Part shown: positions 25,866-38,021 of the stretch, one piece after another | How positions within the stretch are numbered: the stretch's first letter is position 1 | Layout: each line of letters opens with the position of its first letter | Source of the DNA: Trichosphaerium sp. ATCC 40318 | Lineage: Eukaryota > Protista > Tubulinea | Reading direction: 5' to 3' | NCBI GenBank assembly: GCA_038496445.1 | Contig: JALMLS010000316.1 | Span: 62,001-126,000, forward strand | DNA: 64,000 nt | Notes under the pieces: model-generated | What the model was told of the DNA's origin: nothing | Database searches by the model: none | The model's input: only the letters and a program-made list of their open reading frames with translations | Position numbers and translations under genes: made by a program

Positions 25866-26465
25866 TTGTACAACAAATAAAACGATTGTAAAAAAACAAG
25901 CTACAGTTTTTTTTATTGTTAGAGGCTACGTGAGGATAAGCCTAAGCAAATAGCGTCCTCCTAGGACGTAACGAAATGTGTAAATATTTCGTAATTGTGG
26001 GACAGTGCCAAAGCCAACAGTATTGTGTACGACTACTTTACTAAATCCCTCCTCAATCTGATGGATTTGCCTGAAAACGCTTTTTAAGGTGCCTACTTTT
26101 AAAATGTCTCTCCTAATTGTAGCAAACACGTGAGTCTTATGCTCATGTAAAGTCCTCCATAAGGTTGCACTAATGGATAGCTTGCAGAGTTGCACGAGGC
26201 TACCTATGTTCACAAGCCATCCCGAAAAATCAGTTCAACCAATCCTGCTTTTCCTGGCTAGTACATACAAGAACAGAACACGAGCTTCAGCGCTCCAAAA
26301 CTCTTCTAATCGCTCACGCCAATACTATTGAATACACCACTATTCCTTTCCTAACCTCCAATAACAGGTATACTGATAGGTTTCTGTCACTGGAACCTAG
26401 TCACACTATCAACCGTTTCTTTTACAAAAACATAGGTAATGTTTTATTAGCCGAGATCTTTTTTG

Positions 26466-27994
26466 TCATTCAGAACGTAAACGACAAGTAATTATAGCGT
26501 TATTTAGCATATAAAGTCTCTTCATTGCATCTCCTTCTGATAAGTAAGGAACACGAGCTACACTGACAACATCAAATCCTGCAGGATGTAGAATATTATG
26601 GTATAGATTATTTAACTGTTGCTCAAACCTTTTTCGAAACGAATATTAGAGAAGAAACCAAAAAGACTGGTATGTGCTTAATGTGACATACCTGCGACCT
26701 GGTATGTTAAGATGCTCTTTAGGCGATTTCCATTGTCCGTTTACTTCAACAGAGGGGTTAAAAGGAAGTACAACAGCTATAGCTAGTATCCCATCTATCA
26801 AAAAAAAAAGAGAGTTAGATTGCACCAAAAGAGCACTTTGTTGAACCATACTTGGTTTGAGCATGTTTTTTATATCTATATTATGTTGTTAAGATAACGA
26901 TAATATTGTATCCAACAGGGTACCTGATATTAATGTTAAAGGTCTATCACAACGATCAAGGAGGTTGAGGCATGATATGAAATCAAATTTTATTTGTTGT
27001 AAAACTTCATCAGTGCCAATATCGCCTGTAAGAATAGCCCTATGGTAATCTGATTAAACAATCAAACTAATAACAATGTAGCGTACTCAAATCCCATAGA
27101 TTTCAAGCTTACTACCATAGAGCTAGAGACCTCTGTAGCATATATTTTGCTAAAATATGGCTTCAACTTTATTGTGACCTAGATTTTCATTTAACACTGA
27201 TCATCCCCTAACTTTGTAACAGTTACGTTTCCAGAACCAGCACCAATATCAAGTGCAACTCCATTCTTTTCTTTAAGATTTAATACTTTTCCCCACTGTT
27301 CTGTAGACATAACAAACATCCCTTAAACAAAATATTGAGCATGTGATTTTATGTTTTTGTATTTTTCAAAAAAAAAACCGGTGAAACTATTACGATCACA
27401 GCGCAATTGAAACGTACTTCCTGTATTAAAGAACCCGTTTAGATCAGTTAGAGAATACCAGTTACGGAGTAATGTGTATAACATGCCTAACAAGTAACCT
27501 TGAAGGGAAAAATTAATTAAACAAGACAAATTTTGTTGGAGGTGTAAGCACGACAACTTTTGATGAAAATTTTGACTCTTGGCTTCACGTGGTAATTAAA
27601 TATTTCGCAAAAAGCTTTCAACGTACTCTTAGGTACTGCGTTATTTATAAAATCGTCTGTTTCAGCATCTCTTGATAGCTGTACCTTTGTTTGAAGTTAA
27701 CACAGAATTACTTCGTTTATATCAATCCTGTAATGCGTAAAATGGTGTGTTAATGCGTACCCACGCGGATTTAAGCTCTTTTGTAAGAAAACTTTGTTTT
27801 GCGAGGTATCTTTTGTCTATTGCTTTTAACAGCTCGCTTTCGCGGCTGGTTGAACTAGCACTACCTAATATAACGATTAGCAACAATTACAGTTTTGTCC
27901 TGTCCATACTTATCGCAGCTCTTGTCCAGTGCTTCATTACGCCCTGAAATACTATTGCGAGTATAATACCACACACCACAGCTAGTATGCGCAT
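26466..27994 (-). CDS. METTL9: Protein-histidine methyltransferase METTL9 (DREV)
   Basis: LDIGAGSGNVT, FDFISCLNLLDRCDRPLTL, AVVLPFNPSVE..WKSPKEHL, ARVPYLSEGD. Confidence 0.92.
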
Positions 27995-28079
27995 CCTAGG
28001 CACATACTGTAGCTGGTTTTTCAGAACTACTTTGACTTTTTTTTTATTCCGTTTTGATCATTTTTGGAAGTAGACACTA

Positions 28080-28610
28080 ATGCGCTTCGTTTTCACCTTT
28101 TGCTTATTTTTATCGCTAGTCCTTGCAATAAAGGAGTGCGCCAAGGATACTACTCCTACTTGCGATGTTTACGACAGCTATTGTGAGGACTTCTACGAGA
28201 CCAGGGGCACTAAGCAATACAACTGCTACTGGAATAGACACAAAGATGTGTGCGAGGGAGTAGAAAGGTGCATTGTAAATAACGCAACTTGTCCTGCCTA
28301 TGAGTATGCTGAAACGTGTGCAAATTTTACTTCGCTTGATTGCCATAAACATTGGGTTCATGGTAGTCAACAAGGGCAAAGATGTGAATGGGATTATGAT
28401 ACTAAGAGCTGTGGCCAAATAGGACAGATATGCAAGGGCAGCCGCGATGATACTTGTAATACTTACCAAACTGACGATTGTAAAGACATGGAAGGTGATG
28501 TTTGTGGAAAGTTTTATGAGGACCCTGGTCACCCAAGTATTACATACAACTGTGCCTGGATCAATAACAAATGTTTGGGCGCAAGACGATGTGGTGACAA
28601 AGACTATTAA
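28080..28610 (+). CDS. Intronless secreted Cys-rich protein with three ~45-aa repeats
   Basis: Signal peptide; repeats C..F(Y)E......YNC.W.....C.G...C. Confidence 0.85.
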   Translation: MRFVFTFCLFLSLVLAIKECAKDTTPTCDVYDSYCEDFYETRGTKQYNCYWNRHKDVCEGVERCIVNNATCPAYEYAETCANFTSLDCHKHWVHGSQQGQRCEWDYDTKSCGQIGQICKGSRDDTCNTYQTDDCKDMEGDVCGKFYEDPGHPSITYNCAWINNKCLGARRCGDKDY

Positions 28611-28847
28611 TTGTTTAACTGTCGTACCAAGACACTTTAAATAAAACTCATTTTTATTCCCATTAATTACGTATCCATCTTAATTTTGCGTCTGGGTGAT
28701 AGACTTCTACACGCCTTATCCAAATACAGTTAGGTATTAGAGCATCCATAAAAGATAAGAAATGGCGGCTGAAATAAATCACAGATGAACGGTTTAAAGT
28801 TACTAGTTTTATTTACATTTTCCACGAATTTGCGACAATTTTTACAC

Positions 28848-30333
28848 TTATTCTGTAGCGTTGCCCCAAGTATTTATAAAGTATTGCGCTTCGTCAAACG
28901 TGTTCATACGAGAAAGAACAGGTTTACGTTTTGTTTGCGTTGTTTTGTGATTTGTAGTTCTTGTCGTTGATTGATAGTTGGTGTAAGGGCGTGCGTTGCT
29001 GTAATTAGCTCTCAGGGCGCTAGCAGCTTCGTTGCGTTCTGTGCGTGTAACTTTGCTTGGACCCATCTGATTAAACCAGGCTGCGTTTTCGCGGAGCATT
29101 CTCTTCTCTTTGGCCTCTTCTGTTCATTTTGTTTTGTTGCGTATAGTGTTCGTTGTAGTGTCTTATGCTGTTTACTTATTGTCTGAAGCTTAACTAACTA
29201 TAATTAACTGAAGCAAAAGTAAAGTTTAAATTGTGTCGTTAACAAAAGTATGCTACAAAGAGCAAAAGAAATACTATACTCACACTTACAAAACCCAAAG
29301 TACAACTACTAGCATACGCTAAGTTGTAGCGACACGCTCGAGAAGAAAATGAGAAACACTTTACGAAAAAAACAAGATGATAAATATGGTTTTATTTCAA
29401 CTTAGTACTTATCAACGTAGTGTATGGAACTAAGAAGATGTTTAAAGGTAGTCGTAAAACCATCAGTTATCTGTTACGTCTCAAAAGTGTTTATTGACAC
29501 AACACTCTACAAATTATTTATGGTACTTTGATTCTATTTTACATTTAATATCACATTGTTTTTGTTTATGTATTTATATAGTTTCACGTTTTGCTGATTG
29601 AGTAAGAGCAGCAATAGAACTACGTCTCTTTCTCTTTTTCTTCCATCTTAATACAAACTTTGCTGTTCCAGCTCCGTCGCCGTATGAAATAAAATATCGT
29701 TGTTGAGCACCACTTGCCAACCATGTTTTAGGTCCTTCTAGCTTAAAAGCAACAACATGCTTTCCCTGTAGATGTAAATGAGCACAAAAAAACAATCACG
29801 TGATTTACTAATGTCAGAAAAACGCCAAAATAAACGATGTAGTTTTTCCGATGTTCCGGACTGCACGTAATCCTTGAAGCGTTGGCGCAAGAAAAACGAG
29901 TAGTTTTCGAAACAGGCTAATTTCCAAAATTAACGAGGACGGAGTCCAATTTTCGAAAATTAGACGCCGGTTATGGGCTTTACCGTAAAAACACGTACAG
30001 CTTTTGTAACAGTCATTCTGGCTTCCGCACTTTTCTGCCAATTTACATCCCGAAATGATACTTGAAGCCGCTTTGATAGCTCAATAGCTCCATTATAAGT
30101 AGTATAATCTAAGTACGGAGTGTGAGTTATGTTGAATAAATTTAAGCACAAAGGCTGTTCAAGAGCAATTTTTCCTTACCACCGACTTGAATATTAAACT
30201 CGAAAGGTTTCTCTAGCCCAACGTGAACGCTCTCTCCCTCCGGGAGACCTTCACAAGTCTCAAGCTTTATATCCCATGCTTGGTATGTTACGCTCTTTAC
30301 TCTAGGACGAGAAGAAGATAATACACGCCTCAT
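28848..30333 (-). CDS. Hypothetical multi-exon protein(s)
   Basis: Consecutive minus-strand exon-like ORFs (30142-30333, 29960-30151, 29574-29795, 28848-29099) separated by T-rich intron-like spacers. May be one or two genes. Confidence 0.4.
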
Positions 30334-30944
30334 ATTGTTGAGTTGCTGTGTTGTTGTGTTTATGGAAAAAAAAATGATTGGTCAATATTGGACGTTCTTG
30401 CTGGTGTGGTTCTCCGGTGTACTTTTTTCAAAAAAAAAGTCCTATATGGATTCCGCGCGTGCATAATAGTAACAAACCATTCTTAAAAAGATAAGCGGAT
30501 AGTCAGGAGTGACGCGACATTGGGCACGTGTGAGCTTTGTTTCACAAAATGCCTCAGAATGCTTTGTAGTTGAGTGTTCATACTGTCTGGATCTCTCCTA
30601 CACTTGGTTTTCGCAACCGTCATGACTGTTATTAGACACAAGATGACACACGCAACACCTTAAACGTGAGTAGGTTCTATGAATCGTGGTTAAGCCAGCT
30701 TCGTAACTCGGAACTGTAGTTGCGCAAAACAACTGAAATTTATGTAAACGGCATTGTGACACGCGTGTCATAATGTCGTGAGCTGTGATTGCCACGCCAA
30801 TGTCTTGTAATCTAAAAAAGCTCAAAAAGGGTATACGCAAGGGCGTCGGTGCTAATAAAAGTAAACGTAGTGGTACAGGTACTTTTGACTATTTTTTGTA
30901 CATCACGCACCTAACAAAAAATTAAAACTACATGTCTATACTAT

Positions 30945-31319
30945 TTATTGTGCGCCAAGCATGTCTTGAACGAATTTTTCGACAACAAAGACGACATATA
31001 GGTCTTCTCCTTTTGGTGGTCTCTTCATGTAAGTTTTAACAGCTCCATAACAAAACAAGCAAGCATCACCCATTGCCATAATCTTGTGGACTCCAATCGC
31101 CTCGAATCTTGCGTGTAACGCCAATATACGATCATTCAGTTGTTTACTACCTGAATCGTTGTATTCTTTAATTTTACGTTGTAAAACCGCGTCTGAGAAT
31201 GATAGTTCAACATATTTTAAACCAGTAGATAGTTTAAACTGACGGTTGCCGTCTTTGACGTCAGTGTACTCTAGAAAGTATACGTCCGGATTTGATGGGT
31301 CTAAAGGAACTTTGTGCAT
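30945..31319 (-). CDS. Intronless hypothetical protein (124 aa)
   Basis: Clean ATG-started ORF with globular composition. Confidence 0.6.
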   Translation of the reverse strand: MHKVPLDPSNPDVYFLEYTDVKDGNRQFKLSTGLKYVELSFSDAVLQRKIKEYNDSGSKQLNDRILALHARFEAIGVHKIMAMGDACLFCYGAVKTYMKRPPKGEDLYVVFVVEKFVQDMLGAQ

Positions 31320-31635
31320 ACGGCAAAGCGATTATTGTTCAAATGTCCTAAAAGTCAAAGATAGTACCTACACCATGTTTGAAACTGCATATAAGGATGT
31401 GCAGCTTTACAGCGTGTGCTAAAAGCAGTTAAGGCCACTTCCTCAAATGTAGTGGCTGTAGTTATCTGCTGATCACAACGATATACATGCACAGTGTGAT
31501 AACATGGAGCTTCGATTGTAAGGTATGTTGAAAATGAAACTGTACTTGTACAACTTGTAAAGCTCAATCGAACCGTCTCAATAGCAACGCACATATTGTG
31601 CAAGTCAACAGCAATATGGTAGAATATTTACATGT

Positions 31636-33977
31636 TTATTTATTTGTATTGTTGCTATTTCGCGCTTGTTTAACCTTGCAAACTAAACACAAAAGAGCTG
31701 GAATCGCAATAAGCAATGCAAGTAGTACAAGTCCACCAAGACCCATGACCACTTTCTGAAGAGGTTCATCCTCTTTTCCAAGTTCACTTTCTTCTTGAGC
31801 AGGCGATAGAATTGCAGTACATTGTGATCCTTTTGAATCAATAAGAGGTCCAACTGTTGAGATATTTTTGATTGTGACTTTAGCTTTTTCTAAAAGAGAG
31901 GCACTTAGTACAATAACAAGAAAACTTTAATAGAAGTGTTATAGCAATAAATACCTTGTCCAAACACACACTGTTTTACTTCTATTACTCCTTGTTTATC
32001 GAATATTATCTGACTATCTTGCTGCCACCACATTGAACCTTAAGTAAAGTATTAGAGTAAGTCAACGATAACTATAAATACCTTGGATTACTAACGGCAC
32101 TTTTAAAGTAAACAAGATTGGTACATAAAAGTCACCAAACAAAGTCCACTTGTTATTAAGACACAAACAACGTTCCAAAGGTCGAGGATATCCACCACAC
32201 ATGCACTGATCATCGGTTAGTACACCAGTTTGCTGTGCACATGTGTTTGGAGAGGTAGGTGAACCGGGTTGTTCAGTAGTCGACGGCGCTCCTGTTGTAG
32301 GAGGTACAGTTGTTGGAGGGATTGTTGTTGGCGATGTAGTTGTAGGAGATGTGGTAGTTGGAGATACGGTTGTTGGCGGCGTGGTTGTAGGAGGTAGTGT
32401 CGTTGGTGGCATGGTAGTAGGAGGTAGTGTCGTTGGTGGCATTGTTGTGGGTGGTAATGTTGTTGGCGGTGTTGTAGTTGGGGGTGCAGTTGTTGGGGGC
32501 ATGGTAGTAGGAGGTAGTGTTGTTGGGGGCATGGTAGTAGGAGGTAGTGTCGTTGGAGGCATGGTAGTAGGAGGTAGTGTCGTTGGTGGCATTGTTGTGG
32601 GTGGTAATGTTGTTGGGGGTGCAGTTGTTGGGGCCGCGGTAGGAGGTGCAGTGGTTGGAGGCATTGTTGTTGGCGGTGAAGTTGTTGGAGGCCTTGTTGT
32701 TGGGGCCGTTGGAGAAGCACATTTAGTTTTGAAGAGATTGAATTGTGCTTTTGAATTAACAAAAGAAGTCAACAGTAGATTGCAAGTACTAATATGTACA
32801 TCGAAAAAATAGTTTTCTGTAGGCACACCAATTAAGGTAATTTCTTCTACATCAGTTATAGCATAGCTACATTAGTTAGATGGCAATCGTAAATAAACAA
32901 AACGTTTAGGTGAGACTTACGTATCTACATGTATTGTATACACTCTGATCTTGCTGGCACTGGCGTCCCATGTAACAGCAACAAACCTATAAATAGCTTT
33001 ATAGTAAACAACTTTGATTGGTACACTTGGTTGATTCCCTAGTGTAAACATAGCGCCATTGTTATCTAAGAAACAAAGTAGTTTAGTTACGTGGCACCAA
33101 GACAAATAAAATTAATTCTTACCGCTAAACACTACTCGCGAATGTTGATTACGGCTTAGAGAGACGAAATTGAAATTATGTGAACTATGTGCAAACGAAA
33201 CAGCACGTGGGTGATCATATCTTGTAGTCAGAGCACCACCAAAAATATATCCTGCAATAGCACTAGTAGTTAGTCTCGAATTATGATCGGGAATAAAACC
33301 CTCCCAAGAATAGACATATAATCCGCTGGTCCAAGAGAGGTCGTAAGCCATAATCTTGGGTGCAGTAATGGTAGAAGCGAGATCATAACAACACTTCTCC
33401 CCCTCTGCCACGTTTCCATATCTCATAAAGAAACTTTTAGCGCCCGAAACCTGATAAAATGTTACATAAATATTATCCTGGACGGTTTCATGAGTTGCAG
33501 TAGGCCTCATATCTCCTATTATTCCATAACCAAGAAGATCGCTTTTGTATCTCACGGGGGAGCCATTTTCATCCAAAAATAATGCAGCGAGGTGCGTTGT
33601 TCCACCCACTGCGCAAGCATATAAAATGTTGAATTCATTGCCAGGACCATATTCAATATCGTACTGAAGCCACTTATGATTATTAGAATCAGGAGCTATG
33701 CGACAAATTGAATCGACATAAATACCAGTTATACGTCCTGTGAACTCATTATAGAAGATGCCTGAGAAGTGACTAGCAGGGGTTGAGTTAGTTGATTGAA
33801 AATAGATAGTTGTTTAACGTACTGATCAGAGTATGGGTCCTTCCACAGCATTAGGAACTGATTAGTACCAGTACTGTACGTTGTTACAATTCTCCAAGGG
33901 TTAATAGTGAGAGTGATAGCAGGTAACGATTGTACTACGCAACACAATAGTGATAGAACCAAAATACTTGTCCTCAT
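31636..33977 (-). CDS. Type I membrane/surface protein with PT-rich mucin stalk
   Basis: Signal MRTSILVLSLLCCVVQS, beta-rich ectodomain, (T[LMA]PPT)n stalk, Cys motif, TM VVMGLGGLVLLALLIAIPALLCLVC, short tail. Confidence 0.85.
32290..32710 (-). repeat. Coding 15-bp tandem repeat (PPTTx)n
   Basis: Roughly 25 degenerate units such as ggaggtagtgtcgtt / ggtggcatggtagta on the + strand. Confidence 0.95.
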
Positions 33978-35081
33978 TAGATGTGGTCGTACGTGTTTGT
34001 TTTAGTATTTTTTAACTTAAACTATGCTCCCGTTTTGGAATCAAGCTGCGTCAGAATTCTAGTTTATAAAATCGCCACAAACACAATTATGATAGTTCAC
34101 TAAGCTATTTCGACTTTCATTTTGGTAGTTCGCTATTCGTGCACGAAAAAAAAAATTATAAGCGCAATCACTTTTTAACAACAATATTTGGCGTTGTAAG
34201 GCCAAAACGCAGTGAAAGATTGAAATACGAACTAGCTCCAACTTTGGTATGTTACGAATATCGATATCATCAAATATTTAGGCAATTACCCTAAAATTTA
34301 CCAGACGTTTGTGTGAAGGTAGTTTAGGTTATTTTAACGCGTAAAGTTGTAAATAGAAAACTAACATTTTTCATCCGTTTCTGGCATGTTCCGAATTACT
34401 ATCAAACAACTCGTGAACCTATTAAACGTAAAAGATTTGCTGTCAGTACACTCACAATGGATGTTTGATTATCTCAAGAAAACATGGGAAAAACTAAAAG
34501 AGTGAAAGTCGGGCAACATAACGGAATAAAGTGACCTTGCATCTCAGATAGTTATTTACGCGTAGAAAAGGAGATATAGAGTATTTGCAAGCTCGTTTAT
34601 GGATTATAACAGACAGAGATAAAATAACTACCGGAAAGGTGGTGTGTCGCTCTCGTTTGAGCTCGGACGGCTATATGTTACTTTGTTGGGTTTTTTGAAT
34701 TTTCTTTTTGAATTATTTTAATTCATCACAGATTTGTACAAAATTATTTCAGTTGTTTTGATCAACACAGTGTTACAAAGAAAGACAAAGTCAAGTTCAA
34801 AGCCTACGACGAGTTGAAATGCCGAAGCTCTGAACACGTGCTCAAGTATTGCTTTTCATGTGATACTAAGTAAATTTCGCATACACCAACCACTAAACTG
34901 TTTTGAAAGAATTTGCCCTACTTCCGATACCTCATTGACGGTGGCGGTTGTAGAGCAACACTTCAAATGCTTCGTTGAAATCCGTTAGCCAATCTCATTT
35001 CCTTGCCTTAAAATTATTTCTTGTATTTTTCGCTTAAGACTTCTATCAACGCGTTTTTTCAACATACTCAACTATAAAAGC

Positions 35082-37763
35082 ATGGCTGAAACAAAATCAA
35101 GAGAAGAACTCGAGCAAGAGCTTGAAAAGTGTAGAGCTAAAGTAAAAGAGGTACGAAAACGCTATATTGATAAATTGGTGGCAATTGTAGACGCTACAAA
35201 CGATATTTTTTGCACGTTCTATTTTTCTTTGGCTTACCAGCGTATTAGCTAGAATCGCGCTTGTCTGTATCAGAGCCTGATTTACCACGCCGTGTGTCAA
35301 TTGGTGCAGTACGTATTTACTAATGGATCACAAAACGCAGCTGAATACGATATTCTTGTATGTGCGACACGATCTAATACTATCATAGCTTGCTAAAAAC
35401 CCGGATGCGTATATTGGCAAATATATTGGTGTAGGTGGCTGGATTAGATCAGCTCGGTACGTTTCGTAGCGTATACAGCAGTTTTGAAGCTCTTCAGCCG
35501 CAAGTCTCTATTTCCGACTGACACTCCCTAGTACTGCCGGAGGTGGTTCATTTTGCTTCGTCACAATTACTGACGGTACTACACACGCCACTCTTCAAGT
35601 ACGCACTCAAATTATTTAAAAACTGTCAACTAGCCAACACAGTATTCCTTACGAACACACGCAGGTAGTAGTAGACGGCAAGATTGAGAACTTTGATAAA
35701 GTCAAGTCTGGAAGCACTGGCATGTCAATTTTCGTAAAGGGAAAGCTCATTGAGAGTAAAGGTAAGCTATACGTGACGTCAACACAATAATAATGGTTGT
35801 TTATAGGTAAAGGACAGTTATTTGAGCTCTCTTGCCAATATATTCGCGTTTTGGGTGAATGCCCACAAGATGGATACCCACTACAAGGTAAAGGACACGG
35901 ACTAGAATATTTGCGTGGTTTGACGCACTTGAGACCGCGAACACGATTGGTATGCACATTTTTAGTTAATTTTTTGTTCAAAACACAAAAACAACTTTTT
36001 TCTTGGACGCCTTTGTTCTCGAATTATTTCGCTTCGTTAATATCAAATACCATGCTAATTTACGATTATAGTTTGGTGCTGTATTCAGGATCAGAAACGC
36101 TCTAGCATTCGCCACTCACTTGTTCTTCCAACAACAAGTAAGTTTTTTTTTTGATTTGTTTTTATGGTCCAATCTAACAATTTTTTAATAGGATTACTTA
36201 TACGTTCACACACCTATCATCACAGCTTCTGATTGCGAAGGTGCTGGTGAGATGTTCCAACTCACAACATTGATGAAGGATGATGTTAAGGAAATTCCAC
36301 AAACAAAAGAAGGAAAGGTTGATTACACCAAAGATTTCTTCAAACGCCCAACTTTCTTGACTGTATCTGGTCAATTAAACGTAGAAGCTTTTGCATGCGC
36401 ATTATCCAACGTTTACACTTTTGGACCAACATTCAGGTACCCAACACGCATCAAACTTAGCTCGAAAAAAAAAGCTTCCCTCTTTAACATGTTTTCTTAC
36501 ACTTTTGTCTTTTTAGAGCTGAATACTCTTTTACTACTCGTCACGTCGCAGAATTTTGGATGATTGAACCTGAAATTGCCTTCGGTGATTTGTTAGAGAA
36601 CATGGACTTGGCTGAGGTAATCGTTTTTTTAATATTTATTCCTCTTCCATTGAAAGGTAGTTACGCTTATGTGATTGTATAGGCATACGTCAAGTTTGTC
36701 ATTAAATATTGCTTGGACAACGTTCACGGTGATTTATTGATCTGTGAAGAGCACCAAAAGAAGTGGTTGAAGGTACGTGTCGCTGAAGCTCAAGCAAAGG
36801 CAAAGAAAGCAGGTACACGTTAAAAAAATGGTAATTAAAATAAACAATCTTACTAATCGTTTACCAGCACAAGGAAAACCACAAAAGAAAAAGAAAAAGG
36901 GACCTAAAGATTGGCATGCAGTACCTCTTATTGAGCGCCTCGAAAACCTTGCAAACTCCAGATTTGCTCGTATCACCTATACTGAGGCTATTGACCTATT
37001 GCTCAAAGCTGTTGAGGAAGGTATTGTGTTCGAAAACGTACGTTACGAGAAAACAATCTTGAAGAAGTTTCTTTGGTTGTTTGGTGTACTAATTGTTTGT
37101 TTCTTAGAAAGTTGAATGGGGTATTGATCTTGCTTCTGAGCATGAAAGATACATGGCTGAAACTGTATTCCGTAAACCAGTCATTGTTCGCGATTACCCA
37201 AAGGAAATCAAGGTAAAGCAGATGTTTCTGTTTGTATTTTTATTACATTTTAATTTTACATTCTCTTACCTTGTATTTTAAGGCTTTCTACATGCGCTTG
37301 AGCGATGATGAAAAGACTGTTGCTGCTATGGACATTCTTGTACCTGGTATCGGTGAATTAGTAGGAGGTATGTAACTGTTTTCTCAGCAGTGTTGGTTCG
37401 TTCAAATTGTGTTAAACACGCTTCGTAGGTTCTCAAAGAGAAGAACGTCTTGATGTACTAGAACGTCGTATCAAAGAATGTGGACTTGAAGAGAGCGCTT
37501 ATAAATGGTATCTCGATCTCAGACGCTACGGATCTGTGCCTCACTCTGGATTCGGTACGCTTTTATACAAAAAATATTGTTTACTAATTTATTTGTTGTA
37601 GGTGTTGGTTTTGGCCGTCTTGTAACATACGTTGCTGGTATCGAGAGTATCAAGGATGTACTTCCTTACCCAAGACACGCTGTCAAAGGTGTCAAATTGG
37701 ATGTACGTCATCATCAAATACTTTTTTTTTTATTTATTCTTTATTTAGCACGAAATGATCTAA
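35082..37763 (+). CDS. asnS: Asparaginyl-tRNA synthetase (AsnS/bacterial-like type)
   Basis: [100 protein letters not shown]. Confidence 0.96.
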
Positions 37764-38021
37764 TGACGTTGTTTGTACCGCGTATTATGGGCTAAATAAT
37801 TGTAATAAACGTATAAGCTTTGTTGCACTTCTATTCCCATTAAAAAAAGTCACATCGTCTGTCGTTGTATTGTCTATTGCGTCATTTTTTAAGGGTGGTC
37901 TTTGAGCGGACTTACTAAAATCTGAGATGTGGAATACAGTTGACTTTTTGTAGCTCCTTTTGTATTCATTTTTCCCGCTATAATTTAAAAATCTAAACGA
38001 CGTGTTCGTATAGCACTACAA

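Noticed and set aside
25926-26400. Minus-strand 95-aa ORF region
   Set aside because: No start context or recognisable domain, and upstream frames are broken.
32217-32812. Overlapping long ORFs (VVGG-rich, Q-rich, N-rich)
   Set aside because: Alternative frames and antisense shadows of the PPTT coding repeat. The same applies to 59962-60423.
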